From Octopus vulgaris (Eukaryota): DNA of 64,000 nt. The notes under the pieces were generated by a model that saw nothing but the letters and a program-made list of their open reading frames with translations, did not search any database and had not been told where the DNA came from. Below are positions 15,341 through 29,423 of the stretch, piece by piece. The stretch is taken from contig OX597822.1 in NCBI GenBank assembly GCA_951406725.2, positions 111,290,001 through 111,354,000 on the forward strand. The letters run 5' to 3'. The translations under genes were made by a program, and so were the position numbers. Every line of letters starts with the position of its first letter. Position 1 is the first letter of the stretch.

Positions 15341-16349
15341 CACATACACACACACATATTATGTGTGTGTGTGTGTTAAATGTTTTTTTATGTATGTATG
15401 TAGATATATATTTATGTGTGTATTTATGCATGTATATCTGTATATATCTATATCTACCTCTGTGAATGTACTATACGTATAAACATATATATACTTATAT
15501 ATATATATATATATATATACGCAAAGGTTCACACACGCACTTACACACACACACATGCACACGTACATGATCTAAGGAGATTGCTGAATGTTTGTTAGGA
15601 TACGTACAAAGAAAATTACATGTACCAGCTTCCAGTGAAAGAATACATAATCATATAGAATTTCACTGTAGAATACGGAGTTTGAAAATAAGAAACGCAT
15701 GCCATGCACTTAAATACGACTGGTTTGTGACTCTATCACAAATCAATGTATTTGCGAAGATTCTTACTAACCCCCATCATATATCATATGAACTAAAACA
15801 GGACGTCCTTTCAAATGATTCTAACCATATTGACCGACCTTCACACAAGATGGCAGTCAGTGAATTAACCTGTACCAGAACAGGTTTTAACCACCGGATG
15901 CGATCTCGTCTTCTCCGACGAGCAGATCATTTAACTATGTTGTCTATTACATGGAAATATATGTTTTAGAATGAGACGTTATCGATGGAAGGTGTTCAAC
16001 CGTTGCTTCTAAAGACCAAAATACAAATGTCAAAATCTTCACAACTCAATAAGAATTTCATTAATTATTTCTCATATGATATCTGTTGAGAGTATTCTAT
16101 AGCCATATTTCACTGTTACATTTTTTAAAATTATAGCCATCACACCGTGATATAAGACAGCACCATAAATAAGTACACTTTCAGGCATGAGTATGTTTCA
16201 TGTTACCGAAGACTGTCAACACTATTTTTTTCATTTCTTTATTTGTAGCTTTGTGTTTTCGAAATGATATAGAAAGAGATTGTATACGCACACACACACA
16301 CACACACTCACACACACGCATGCACAGACTCTGTATGTGCGTGTGAATA

Positions 16350-16415
<66 letters not shown>

Positions 16416-16451
16416 TATGCATATATACATACATATATGTACATACCTACA

Positions 16452-16508
<57 letters not shown>

Positions 16509-16514
16509 GCATAT

Positions 16515-16686
16515 ATGGGTACAGTACATAAAAAAACGTTGAACACAATGAGAAACGGAAACATAAAAACAAAAACATGGAAACTAACTTTTTTCAAACA
16601 ACGAAAAAACAGAGGGCAAGACATACAACACAAGGAATATTCCCCTTCTTCAGTTGTCTCTGTTTCGTCTACTCCGCGTTTCGAAG
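16515..16686 (-). mobile_element. Truncated copy of repeat family E (putative pLTR carrying the rearranged hammerhead)
   Basis: Colinear homology with 54765-54936 (atg.gtacag.acat...gagaaacg.aaacataaaaac...aaggaatattcccctt...tttcgaag); starts after a (TA)n tract and ends at a short TA run. Confidence 0.75.
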
Positions 16687-16734
16687 ATATATATATAGGT
16701 CTCAAATTTCTGCACAAGACCAGCTATTTCGAGG

Positions 16735-16862
16735 GAGGGGCCAAGTCGATTGCATCGACCCTAATGCCCAACTAGTTCCAATTATATTGACCCGAAAAGA
16801 TGACAGGCAAAGTCGATCTCGACGGTATTGGAACTCAGAACGTGCAGACGAACGAGTTGCTG
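16735..16862 (-). mobile_element. Decayed SINE family A fragment
   Basis: aagtcgattgcatcgacc...gatgacaggcaaagtcgatctcgacgg...gaactcagaacgt. Confidence 0.7.
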
Positions 16863-17985
16863 CTAAGAGAGAGAGAGAGGGGGGAAGAGAGACATAGGGA
16901 GAGAAAGAGAGAAAGAGAGAGAGAGAGAGATGCACGTGTGAGCATATCCGTGTACACATTTCTGGTTTTATTCTACATATTCTTGAATTCCCGTTCAATA
17001 AATAACTATGTAAATAAATTAAAGGCTATCGTATCAATTAGATCAATATGTTTAACAAATGCTCCAATTGCAAAATAAATAATTCAAGTGTTTTTAATGT
17101 ATTTGCGCTCTTGGATATCTGATCTTGTAATAAAAAAAACGCCATGGGAATATTTTATTGGTCATTGATTCTCTCTACATATGTCGCTGTCTGGGAAAAT
17201 GTACCACGAAGTCACTAGAAAAACAATCGAACAACAGAAATCAATCCAACGTATTGTATTGTTACATAATCCCACGGATATTTAGAATACTGAATATTTG
17301 AGTGTGACTTTTCTCACACACATGCACACACACACATACATGCACACACACATATACGCAGAAACACCCACATGCTGGTGCCAACACACATATACACGCA
17401 CACGCATACATACGTACACACTGAAACACACAAACGCAAACACAACCAGTTGATTTGCTGATTCGAACTGAAATCTCGAATCTTGTTGTTTTAAATCTGT
17501 TTAATGGGAAACTCGTGTTTCACGAAACCAGAGGGAATAGTGAAAGGGCCTAATTGCCTCAAGTTTATTGTACTCTTATTTAATTAAAGAAATCTATCGC
17601 CTTTGTGAAGAAAATAATAAAGTGAGCAATTACTGATAGAAAAGTTTATAAAAAAATTATACTTTTAGTTTTTAGTTATGAGAATTATCAATAATGTTTT
17701 CACAAACCATATAATATAGAGAAGCAAAGTTCTCAATATAAAACCTAAACTGATAATTATTTTTTCATTGGCTCTTTTTCGTAGACATAGTAATATATGC
17801 ATATGTTAGTGACAAATTATGAAGCCATTGAAAGCAGTCTACTGATTACTGTACTTAGTGAATATTATGCAGTGAGAATAGGCTTTGCAGCAACTGGTTT
17901 CATGACAACAACTCTATAAATAATGAAAGGATAGACGCAAACGGAGCAGAGAGGTTGCCGTCCAGTTACAATCGGATTACACACA

Positions 17986-18047
<62 letters not shown>

Positions 18048-18100
18048 ATCACACACACACACACTCTCACACGCACACACGCAGCTATTCTGCTAATGTC

Positions 18101-18332
18101 AAGGCGGCGAGCTGGCAGAAACGTTAGCACGCCGGGTGAAATGCGTAACCGTATTTCGTCTGCCGTTACGTTCTGAGTTCAAATTCCGCCGAAGTCGACT
18201 TTGCCTTTCATCCTTTCGTGGTCGATAAATTAAATACCAGTTACGCACTGGAGTCGATGTAATCGACTTAATCCGTTTGTCTGTCCTTGTTTGTCCCCTC
18301 TGTGTTTAGCCCCTTGTGGGCAGTAAAGAAAT
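18101..18332 (+). mobile_element. SINE family A, full length
   Basis: Complete consensus flanked by an apparent target-site duplication (tattctgctaatgtca before and after). Confidence 0.9.
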
Positions 18333-19487
18333 ATATTCTGCTAATGTCAGATCCATACAATGAATGTTACAAAGTATAAAGCTACGGGCTACTCATAGTT
18401 TCTCGCAGTGAAGACTCATGTCTTGTCAGGGTTGTGTAATACGTCTTGTGTGTCGAAGCAATCTTCAAGACGCTCGTAGATGAGAAATCACGAGAAAAAA
18501 CCCCCAGAAGAATGTAGATACAAGAAGTCGAAGTGTGAATAAAAACGGAAAATGAGAAGAAAAGCAATAAAATTAGAGTTACGACCCCTTTGACGTAAAA
18601 GGCTCAATTAAACTAAGCCATAATGAAACCAGACGTAGAATAATTCAACCGAGAGGGATCCAAATTCTGCAAGATAGCTGCTCAATCGGAATCGGTGTGT
18701 CCCTCAATACGCCAAAATATTTTTTTTTCCATTTGCTTTAATTTGCGGATTTGGAATCAAGAGATACAGTGGAATTTATAGATTTAGAAAAAATAATTGA
18801 GGTCTTTCAGGCATGCATACTTAGATTCATGTACACATGTCCTATTCTTCAGTTCATTGTATTCGGTATACAGTTGTATGTGGTCTACACTTAGAAAGAA
18901 CCGTTTTTGTTTATTCTATGAAAATGTGTGTCCCGTAACATAGTGATTCGACAAATAGGTCAATATGTACTTGAATAAAATGAACACTGTTGTCAGAAAG
19001 ATCGATTAAAATCTCAAACGTGATGCTCCAATGTGATAGCTGAACAATGATAGAAACCAGTTAATGTACAATACTACAGCGACGCGCACAATTGTAAGAT
19101 TGAAATTTAATTAGCGCGATTTGGGTCGCCTCCATGTGATTCCTCTCGATCTGTGACAATTTAACTGTAGAGTTCTTGTAATCAGTGTCACGCCGTTTTG
19201 GAATAATTTGATATGAAGCGGTCTACAATCTTTATTGCTACTTTGTAATTACAAGATTTCTATATGAGATAAATGTGTAAATCTATTTCTTTCAAATTCG
19301 TTAGCTATTACAACACAAGCTACTTCAACGTGTACATTTGCATTTAAGCGCATCTCTTGGAACAAAGAGATGTTGAATTATTTCTGTAAAGAATTTTGCA
19401 ACACTCAATTTGAATAATACTCAGTGTATTGCATTAAATCGCTGTATACAACATGCAATCTCTCATCGATATGACACATCACACAAG

Positions 19488-19553
<66 letters not shown>

Positions 19554-20264
19554 TATATATGAAAGAAGGTTTGAAAATGCAATTTTAAAAGATGTTTATT
19601 CACTTGACCGGTTTCACTTTTTTAGAAGAAGATTGTCAAATGTAACATATAAAAGCTTTGTTGTGTTAAGTACTGGTTGTCACAAAAAAATTACAATACA
19701 TATATACATTCCTTGATAATAATAAGAACATCTTAAAAAACAGTTTACAAGGAAAAATCTTTGGAAAATATTAAAAAGTTCATTAAAATATGAGGCACAA
19801 AAAATTACAATACATATATACATTCTACACGTTCACACACACATAAGAGAATACATACACACACGCACGCACATATGCATTTATGGTTTGCTTTCAGATT
19901 TATTTAAGTTCCACTGAATAGATTTCAAGCCGGTTGGTAAAGTGGCAAAATGTTGGAGTTATGACAGTTGTCGGGGTTTGTATATAAGTGGTTTGGTTAA
20001 TGAGTACGGACCTGCGGTTACGGTTTGCGTGAATCGGTCCTTTTAGTACATAGGTTTTTGGTCGTGTACGCTTGTGTTCATTGTTACTTTTTATATATGT
20101 GTGTTGTTGTAAATGCCTACAATAAACACTGCGCTTGTATTTATTTAAATCATCTCATATGGAGAAACTTTGGAATGTCTTACAAATTTTATATATGTCA
20201 CTCTTACATTCGACTTGGAGGATGCTTCTTACTTTATTCTTCTCTTAGTTATATATATTGTTAA

Positions 20265-20466
20265 TCCAAACATGAACAAAGAGAAAACACAACAACGCGA
20301 AGACGTGGAACAAGTATTATGTTATTGGACGCTCGGGAAAGGAAAGGAAAGAAAGGAGGAGGATTTAACGTTTCGAGCGGAGCTCTTCGTCAGAAACATA
20401 GAAAAAGGAAAGGTCCAAGGAAGGGAAGACGGAGAAAGAAAATCGCCAACAATACACACGTGGTCT
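20265..20466 (-). mobile_element. PLE-type pLTR fragment (family D-like) with a type I hammerhead at 20364-20396
   Basis: Minus strand reads ttt-CTGACGA-a-gagc tcc gctc-GAAA-cg-TT-aaa; the homologue is at 51390-51600. Confidence 0.65.
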
Positions 20467-20505
20467 CACACACACACACGCACACAAACACACATATATA
20501 TACAT

Positions 20506-20549
<44 letters not shown>

Positions 20550-21431
20550 CTCTTGTCACTAGCGTATATATATGGTAAGTATGATGCATAGTCGGCGTTT
20601 ATAATTTTAAATATATATGTATATGTAAACGAAGGTGTAGATGGAGATATATTAACTTATATAATAGATAGGATACTGGTTGAAATCTCAAGTCAAAATC
20701 TTGTTAAATCTCTAAAAATGATCTTCAACCCCAGAAAAAAGAGGAAACCTTCTTCACTCGAAATACTACAAATAGGAAACGAATCTGTTAACTGCAGAAG
20801 TGTCGGATAATGCAGCCCTGCTTCTCCTTCGCAAAGCTCACGAATGGGAGACTGACGGATGGCATCCCATTGTTCTTCTTACTCCTGTTCAGTCATGAAT
20901 GATCTTTGATGACGTAAAAACATTAACCACAAGGAAAGCTGAAACACGAGGAGGGAAGGGGAAAAGGAATTATCAGGCAACAGCAAAATCATCAACCTAG
21001 AATCCAATATGGTACAGAATTAGTTATTATTAGGTTCGTTCGTACGCAATTAAGCATTCAAATCATTCTATTGATCTCATTGTTTATAGCTGTTGCATTT
21101 TTTTCCGTATCGCTGATTTGGAATTTTTATCTCTGGAGCGTTATGTCATGTCATGCAATTCACTAATTCTGCCTAAATTGTTGCCTGCACACGATAAACC
21201 AACTTGCAAATTCTTCATATCATATTCCTTCAGTTATATCCCTTTTCTCTTTTTACCATATAGTTCTCCCGCCCACGATAGAATGATTTATTGTATGATA
21301 GATTTGCATAGGCAAATTCAAATATCTACTACACCGGTTTGACCTTAACATATGCGTTTACTCGATATATGAGCCTGTGACGATTTCTTCCAACGTATTA
21401 GCCTGCATATGATGAATATGTGGGTGTATGC

Positions 21432-21569
<138 letters not shown>

Positions 21570-21610
21570 TTACAAACACACACATGCACACATATTTTTA
21601 TATATGTATT

Positions 21611-21666
<56 letters not shown>

Positions 21667-22509
21667 GGTATATATTTGTATTTGTATACATCCGCGACCG
21701 AGTATTAATGCCGTAGTTATATCTGGATTCTTGAAGTTATTTTTACGATTATTAAATGACAACTGTTTACAGAGACAAAATATCTCGGATATCATGATTT
21801 TCGTGTTGATATATTAATGAATCACAAGACAGAATTTTCTGTTCATACATTCATAGGTATGGATGTAATGTTGACATAAAATAACTGAATAAAAAATATG
21901 TTACTTTGAATATTGCGTTTTCGTGTTCATCCTCTTATCTTCGTTTCAGAAAATATATTGAAATAAATAATTTCTAACTGGGCCTACCAGATGGTCAATT
22001 CTAAATTACTACGTTATAAATATCTCCAGAATAAGAAAATGGATATTCTAGAAATCTATTAATTATAGAGGGCATAGAGAGCGTATTTCTTTGATACAGT
22101 ATATGAAAAAACAACTAGTAAAATAGTATTTGAAAAATTGCACAGTTTAACAGTGATATATGAATCGGTTGAAGTCAGCATTGATTGTATTCTCCGTTAT
22201 AATCCAACTTGTCAAATAAATAAACTATAAATCTGCATGGTAGTTTTTCCTTTTTACTTTTTAGAAACAAGACATAGATTAATTTGTAAAGGCTGCTTCC
22301 ATTTATAATACACCAAGTATTCAATAAAAATAATCATATTACATGTAAAAATACGTGCAAAATGACTAACGGCAGCTTCGATTAGATCGGTGATAAGATT
22401 AATGAATGGACATGAATAACACACCACCATGGATCATTGTAATGGGATAGAAAACTTTAGAAAAGCAGGAATGAATATTGATAAAATTAATGATAGGGAG
22501 AGTGCGTGT

Positions 22510-22547
<38 letters not shown>

Positions 22548-22979
22548 TCGAGTGAAAAGGAGAGATTTCAGGGAGAACATTTCCATAGAGACATCATAAT
22601 GAATTTGTAAATATTGTTTTACCGTTGTTTATATTTCCAGACAAGCTCTGATCTAGTGGATGTATGATGAAAGGGAGACTAGCCAACAGTATCTCGATAT
22701 TTAGATTTACCTAGGATAACATGATCCACTATGACTTTTGTTTATCAGGAATTCTAATATGTGATTTTTATGGAATTTACCTGCTATTTCTAGCTGGTCG
22801 AATAACTGCACAGCTGATGTCTTATTAGTGATAATTAAAGTATTAAAGGTATTGTAAGAAAAAACGTGACAAATCTTGATAAATCATTTTTTTATGAAAC
22901 CCAGTTGAATATTAAATATCGACATTTAAAATCTCAATATGTGGTGGTGTCTGTTATTTCCCCATAGACTAATATAATC

Positions 22980-23176
22980 CTTTCTACTATAGGCACAAGG
23001 CCTAAAATTTAGTGGAAGATGGCTAATCGATTATATCTACCCAAGTGCTTGACTGGTACTTATTTTCTTTACACCGAATTGATGAAAGGAAAAGTCCTTG
23101 GTGTACTTTGAACTCTGGACTAAAGATGGACGAAATGCAATTTTTCCAGCGTGCAAACGATTCTGCTAGCTCACCA
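22980..23176 (-). mobile_element. Old SINE family A-related copy
   Basis: tttctactataggcacaaggcct...gactggtacttatttt...gatgaaagg...tttgaactc...ttctgctagctcacc. Confidence 0.65.
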
Positions 23177-23320
23177 CGATAGAGACAGATATTGGAACAA
23201 CTTATATCCGTTATTTTCCACCAATAAAATGTCAGACATTCCCAATCTTCACAAGCATCTAATTCAACAAATCCTGGTCATCAGGAGCCACAATAGTTCT
23301 TTTTGCGTTACTTTTCCAGC

Positions 23321-23355
<35 letters not shown>

Positions 23356-23379
23356 TTTAGTATTGATAACCTAAACAAT

Positions 23380-23545
23380 CACACCAGAGAGATCGTTAGC
23401 CACTACACACATTGTTTCCTCTACTTGTTTCTCTCCTTGTTTTCTGTGTCCCTTTCTGTAGAAGAGGGTAGGCTCGAAACGTAAAAGACTTTTTCCATTC
23501 CTGAGCGTTATACTAATACATATGTTTGTTTTGTACACCACCTGT
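23380..23545 (+). mobile_element. PLE-type pLTR fragment (family D) with a degenerate hammerhead at 23452-23487
   Basis: cttt-CTGTAGA-a-gagg gtag gctc-GAAA-cg-TA-aaag; homologous to 38830-39035. Confidence 0.6.
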
Positions 23546-23547
23546 AG

Positions 23548-23910
23548 CTTGCTTAACAAACACATGTTCCTGAGTTCAGTCTCACTGCGTTGTCATTTGG
23601 GGCAAGTATCTTCTACTATAGCCATGAGCTGAGCAAAGCCTTGTGCGAGGATTAGGTAGACGGAAACTGAAAGAAGCTCGTCGTGTATATGTATATATAT
23701 ATGCATATGTTTGTGTCTGTCTGTCTCCCCACCATTGCTTAACAACCGATGTTGGTGTCTTTACGCCCCCGTAACTTAGCGTTTCAGCAAAACAACGATA
23801 GAATAAGTACTAGGTTTACAAAGAATAAGTCCTAGGGTCGATTTGTTCGACTAAAAGAAGGTGCTCCAGCATGGTCGCTGTCAAATTACTGAAACGAAAG
23901 AAAAAGACTA
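23548..23910 (+). mobile_element. SINE family B (diverged)
   Basis: ...gggcaagtatcttctactatagcc...gtagacggaaactgaaagaagc...gatagaataagtact...gctccagcatgg. Confidence 0.8.
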
Positions 23911-23966
23911 AAGGAAAAAGAAGGAAATATACATATACACCTGTTTTGTTACCCCCTTGTTGCGTT

Positions 23967-24130
23967 TATATGCAGAAAATATCTTGTAATCGAAAATAAA
24001 GATAAGGTTAATTTTATTTATTTATCAGGAAAAACCTGTAGAATTTCTGCAGGTTCTGATATTCTACAGATTTTTCCTAATACAATTAAACTTATCTTTA
24101 TTTTGGATTACAGGATATTTCCTACATATA
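23967..24130. repeat. Imperfect fold-back (MITE-like) palindrome
   Basis: The left arm tatatgcagaaaatatcttgtaatcgaaaataaagataag...caggaaaaacctgtagaat matches the reverse complement of attctacagatttttcct...cttatctttattttggattacaggatatttcctacatata. Confidence 0.7.
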
Positions 24131-24179
24131 CAAGGATCAAGTGGAAAGGAAACCGGAAAGAAACCGGTAATGTATCTTG

Positions 24180-24235
<56 letters not shown>

Positions 24236-25341
24236 GTATGTGTATGTGTGTGTATACATACATACATATACATATATATATGTATATACATGTAGAAGGT
24301 TTAAAAAGAACACATGAGTTGACATGTATAAGGAAAATAAGACAGGTAGAAAATGCTAAAATAAATTTATCATGAAGAAAAATACTACCGTATTCGTCTT
24401 CTTCTTCTTTTTCTTCTTCTCCCCCTCCCCCTCATCCTCCTCCTTCTTCTTCTTCTTCTCCCCTCCACCCTCCTCCTCCTCCTCCTTCTTCTCCCTCCTC
24501 GTCCTCCTTCTTCTTCTTTTCCCCTCCGCCCCCTCCTCCTCCTCCTCCTTCTTCTTCTTCTTCTTCTTCTTCTTCTTCTTCTTCCTCGGCTACTGTCGCT
24601 TAAACAAACAAAACCAAGTACTCATATTATTGAAGAAATTTTAGTCGAATGAATCAACCCGATTACTAACTTTTCGTTAAAGTTTGGTATGTTACTTATT
24701 TTACTGAACCCTATCCGAAGGACCTAAGTTACGAGGACGTAAATGCCCCAATGCCGGTTGTCAAGCGATGGTGGGGGACAAGCACAGACATAAACACACC
24801 TACACACACATACACACACTCACAAACGCACACATGCATAGGAAATGATATACGGTAGCCAGAAGGATGTAGAATAGGAGCTTTTTTAGGGGAACTGGTA
24901 GGCATTTGCAATATTAAAAAAAATATATATATATACATATTTTCTTAAAATTCATTACGTGACAAGTAATTTGTAATTATTTCAACGAAGGCATATTAGG
25001 GTTTTTGCCAGTTCCCCTCAATCAAGCCGATAAGTGTTGTTTCCCTTGCACAATCAGAGTAGACATGTTTCCTAACGGCGGTGCAGGTTCTTTCCCATCT
25101 GTACTTGGTGGTATTACGGGTACCGGGTTTGCAACATGTGAAGAAGTGCGTCGATCACTGTATCGTTGAAACAAAATCTTGAAAAAGTTTTTCTTCCAAA
25201 ATATTTAGTTCCAGGTTCAATTCCACTGCGTGGCTTGAGCTGGTGTCTTGTAGTCTTACCTCTGGTCAACAAAAGCCTTGAGTGTGAATCAGGTGGACAG
25301 AAATTGAAAGAAAGAGTCTTACATATATATATATATACATG

Positions 25342-25376
<35 letters not shown>

Positions 25377-25513
25377 ATACATATATATACATATATGTAT
25401 GTTTGTATGTATATATGTGTGTATATGTGAGAGTTTTGTGTGTCTTCATATTTGTGTGCGTGTGTATATATATACACATACATACATATATTGATATCTA
25501 TGTATACACACAT

Positions 25514-25624
<111 letters not shown>

Positions 25625-26920
25625 AACGTAGGCGTTAAACTTGTTGACAACTTGTGTACATGTTACACGTTACACGGGATCTATTTCCACACACTATTGA
25701 AGGTATTTTGTTATATATTCAATGATACAAAATAATACAAAATACACGAATAATACAAAACTAACACTCGTAACATTTCTCTGTAGTTTTTTTAATGCAA
25801 CGTTCCCTGAAAACAATATAGTTGTACTGTGTATGCATCCTCTCTCTCTCTCTCCCTCTCTCAGACACATAAATATATTTGAATTTATACAACACCTCGC
25901 CCATGCGTACACGTACGCACAAAACGTGATTAAGAGGAATGGAGGAGAACTTGATTACCTCTAGATCTATAATCATTTTTTTGATACGGTCTTAGATTTT
26001 CTCCTGATATTCCTTCATTCTCACCGTATAATTACAGGATATTTTTATATAGGAAATCTGGTTTATAAATAGCAATCATACAACTGTATTTCCTCTTCAC
26101 AACACATCAATTATCGTTATACGATGAGATGTGTATCACTACGTATTTTGACATTTGCAGCGTCTACTAATTGACGGATTTTTATTATATAGTATGAAAC
26201 GTATTTGTGCATGGATTTTAAGCACAATTTCATTTTTATTCACATAAACGTTATAATTAAATGCAAATTAAGGTAATGAGTTTTACATTATACAAGCCAA
26301 TATTGCAATCTAATGTAGACATAAATAGAATCGGAGCACCATTATTCACATTTCAAGGCTTGTTGGAATCAAACTTAAATGGCCTGTGATAATAAACTTT
26401 GGTACTATTGAAACAATCATAATCTAATGAATAACACGAAAACGCTGAAAACATTCCAAAACGATGTAAAAACGACACGATTTATGTGAGTTGAAACTAT
26501 TGTGATATTGGTATAGAATTAACACAGCTATAACCCCAGTCTCTAAAACTCTTAAGACAGTTAATGGAACTGAAATTGGTAGAATAACATCAGGATGTGT
26601 ATGATTTGGGAAATATCGGTTACTCGTCGGAAAGAACAGAAAATGAAACTGCTGTAATTTCAATATAATAATAGATATAAAGTTTGGTTGGATGGTTGGT
26701 TCGTTGATTCCAGCAGTCACGTTTTATATCGTATAGGGATTTGATGAGAAGAGATAGAGAGAGAATAGAGAGATAGTTAATGAATAGGAGAAAGAGAGAG
26801 AATGAATGAGTGGGAGGGAGAAATTAAAGGAACGGTGCCGTTAGGGTGAACTTATGATCGACAGAATCAATGCACATACGAGACCTAGTGACAGCGATGA
26901 GTAAAAGAACGTCGCATACA

Positions 26921-27087
26921 CAGGAGTGGCTGTGTGGTAAGTAGCTTGCTTACCAACCACATGGTTCCGGATTCAGTCCCACTGCGTGGCACCTTGGGCA
27001 AGTGTCTTCTGCTATAGCCTCGGGCCGACCAAAGCCTTGTGAGTGGATTTGGTAGACAGAAACTGAAAGAAGCCCATCGTATATATG

Positions 27088-27121
<34 letters not shown>

Positions 27122-27346
27122 CGCGTGTATGTTTGTGTGTCTGTGTTTGTCCCCCTAGCATTGCTTGACAATCGATGCTGGTGTGTTTATGTTCCCGTCA
27201 CTTAGCGGTTCGGCAAAAGAGTCTGATAGAATAAGTACTGGGTTTACAAAGAATAAGTCCCGGGATCGAGTTGCTCGACTAAAGGCGGTGCTCCAGCATG
27301 GCCGCAGTCAAATGACTGAAACAAGTAAAAGAGTAAAAGAGTAAGA
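26921..27346 (+). mobile_element. SINE family B, full length (tRNA head, CORE-like box, internal microsatellite, (GAGTAAAA)n tail)
   Basis: ggagtggctgtgtggtaag (A box) ... ggattcagtccc (B box) ... ggcaccttgggcaagtgtctt (CORE-like) ... aagtaaaagagtaaaagagt. Confidence 0.9.
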
Positions 27347-27439
27347 GTAAAGACTATATGGCGATAGAAATAACTCAGTAGGAGAAAGAGGGTATTTGTA
27401 CATAAGGTGTTATCCGGCAGCGGATGGCAACACACATTT

Positions 27440-28241
27440 GCATGTACAGTGAGAGCAAGTAGTGACCTTCATCAGGCAGTGTGCCGAGTGACATTGCAGT
27501 TTTTACTTCACAAGTTGTTTTGTGCTGTAGTCTGCGACTTTGTCATGGAGAAGAACAAAGAGTGAACATAAAATTTTGCTTTAAAATTAGGAAGTCTGCT
27601 ACGGAGACATTGAGCATGCCTTCACAAGCATGCCTCGACAAGCTTACGTCAACGAGGCAATAGGTCGTGCGCAATATTTCGAGTAACACGAATGCTTCAA
27701 AAGCAGAAGAACGTTCCGGAAAAATGATGAGTGATCTGTAAGGCCTACCATGAGCTTCACTTCCTGATGTGTGGTATTGTGTATCGGGAATTCGTCCCGC
27801 AGGGACAGGCCGTCAGTTGAAAATTCTACTGCGATGTTTTGAAGTGTTCGAGGGAGGATATTCGGCGAAAGCAATCGTTGCTGTGGAGCATAAATAATTG
27901 GATTCTTCACGATGACAATGCCCCCTGTGACCAGGTTTTCCTCACTCGTGAGTTTCTCGCCAAAAGCAACATGTTATTGCTTTCGCACGCACTCTTAATC
28001 GCCAGATTTAGCATTTGAAAATGCAGTTCAAAGGTCAACGTTTTAACATCGTTGTCGAGAACCAAAGCGAATCGCAGAAGGTTCTCTATTTGCTTGTAGA
28101 AAACGACTTCCAGGCCGGATTACAAAAGCTCCAGGTACACTGAAACCGATGTATGGCTGCGAAATTATTTAAAATTTAGGAAAATTAGTTATTTTTTCAT
28201 TAAACATAACTAGTTCGGGAACCTCTTGCTACCACCTCGTA
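27440..28241 (+). mobile_element. Decayed mariner transposon
   Basis: Frameshifted transposase pieces EEQRVNIKFCFKIRKSATETLSM, GIVYREFVPQGQ and WILHDDNAP; a right TIR-like end gttcgggaacctcttgctaccacctcgTA. Confidence 0.8.
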
Positions 28242-29346
28242 TTCACAATGGGAGAGAGAGAGACAAAGACAGAGAGAGAGAGAGAAGGAGAGAGAGAAAG
28301 AGAAAACAGAGATAGGAAGAGGATAAAGGCAGAAAGTGAGTGTATAGGAAGTTACATCATATTAATTCACCAAGAGTAAATTTGTTCCCAGTTCTTTATT
28401 TCTTTTTGAATATTGCATTATGCAATTCTATATTAAAGTAACGAATACTTTTCTTTTGAAAATGTGTAAACCTGAAGAAAATTTGTTATAAGTTAAATTA
28501 TAATTATTTTATATATAGTCTCATTCCCGACAATTACTAATGCTAACAAAAATATACCTTCAAAGTTAACCGTCATATGACGGGCAGCACTTCAGTATTG
28601 ATTATACGCAATAAAAGCATTTAAATTAAAAGAAAATCTATTTATTTATATAATTCTAAATACTTTTCGATAGGGTTTAAATATAGAAAGTATACACTTT
28701 GAACCTACGAAGTTAATTAATAATTACAGAAAAGATATATTTCTCAGATTCTCGAATAGGTATCTGTAGTAGTTTATTTATAAGAATATTAGTAAGCTAT
28801 TACTCGACAAGAGTTGTAGAACATTTATATGTCCATTGTAATAAATGCTGCTCTTTCATATATGTCTAATATTTTAAAGTCTCAATTCTAATCTGATTTT
28901 TATTACACGATACATATATATATATATATGTGTGTGTGTGTATAACCATTTTGTTGCCAGCTGTATAATAGATGACAAATGAGAACTTTGTACCTATCTA
29001 GAATCCGTGGGTGGTTTAATTGTAACGCTAACATTCCTGTGTCGTTTAATTTCACATTGCCAATATGTATGATGTAGAACTGTGTCAGTTGGGATTCAAT
29101 ATCACGTGTGGAAATATTTAACTGACTCTTCAAGATGAATAATGAGATTTGCAGAAATAAATCACGATCCCTTTCGTATAATGTATTAACTTCTAACCAC
29201 TAGAACTATCTATCATTTCTCGCTTTGTTATTAAAATAAATTAAACACGAAATTGAAAGCGAGCACATGAAATTCTTGAAAATTAAAAATGCAGGGGAAA
29301 TAATTTACCTTCTTACAATATCACCAATCAGGAGATGTCAAAAATA

Positions 29347-29401
<55 letters not shown>

Positions 29402-29423
29402 CATTACTGTCAACACTACTACA

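Noticed and set aside
15592-15969. 125-aa ORF outside microsatellites
   Set aside because: Non-ATG start and no recognisable motif; the length is compatible with chance.
19600-19655. Possible decayed hammerhead (minus strand: TTGACAA...GAAA-CCGG-TC)
   Set aside because: Stems I and II do not pair convincingly.
19948-20210. Solo-LTR-like stretch (TG start, TATATAAG, AATAAA)
   Set aside because: No target-site duplication, matching end or second copy in the window.
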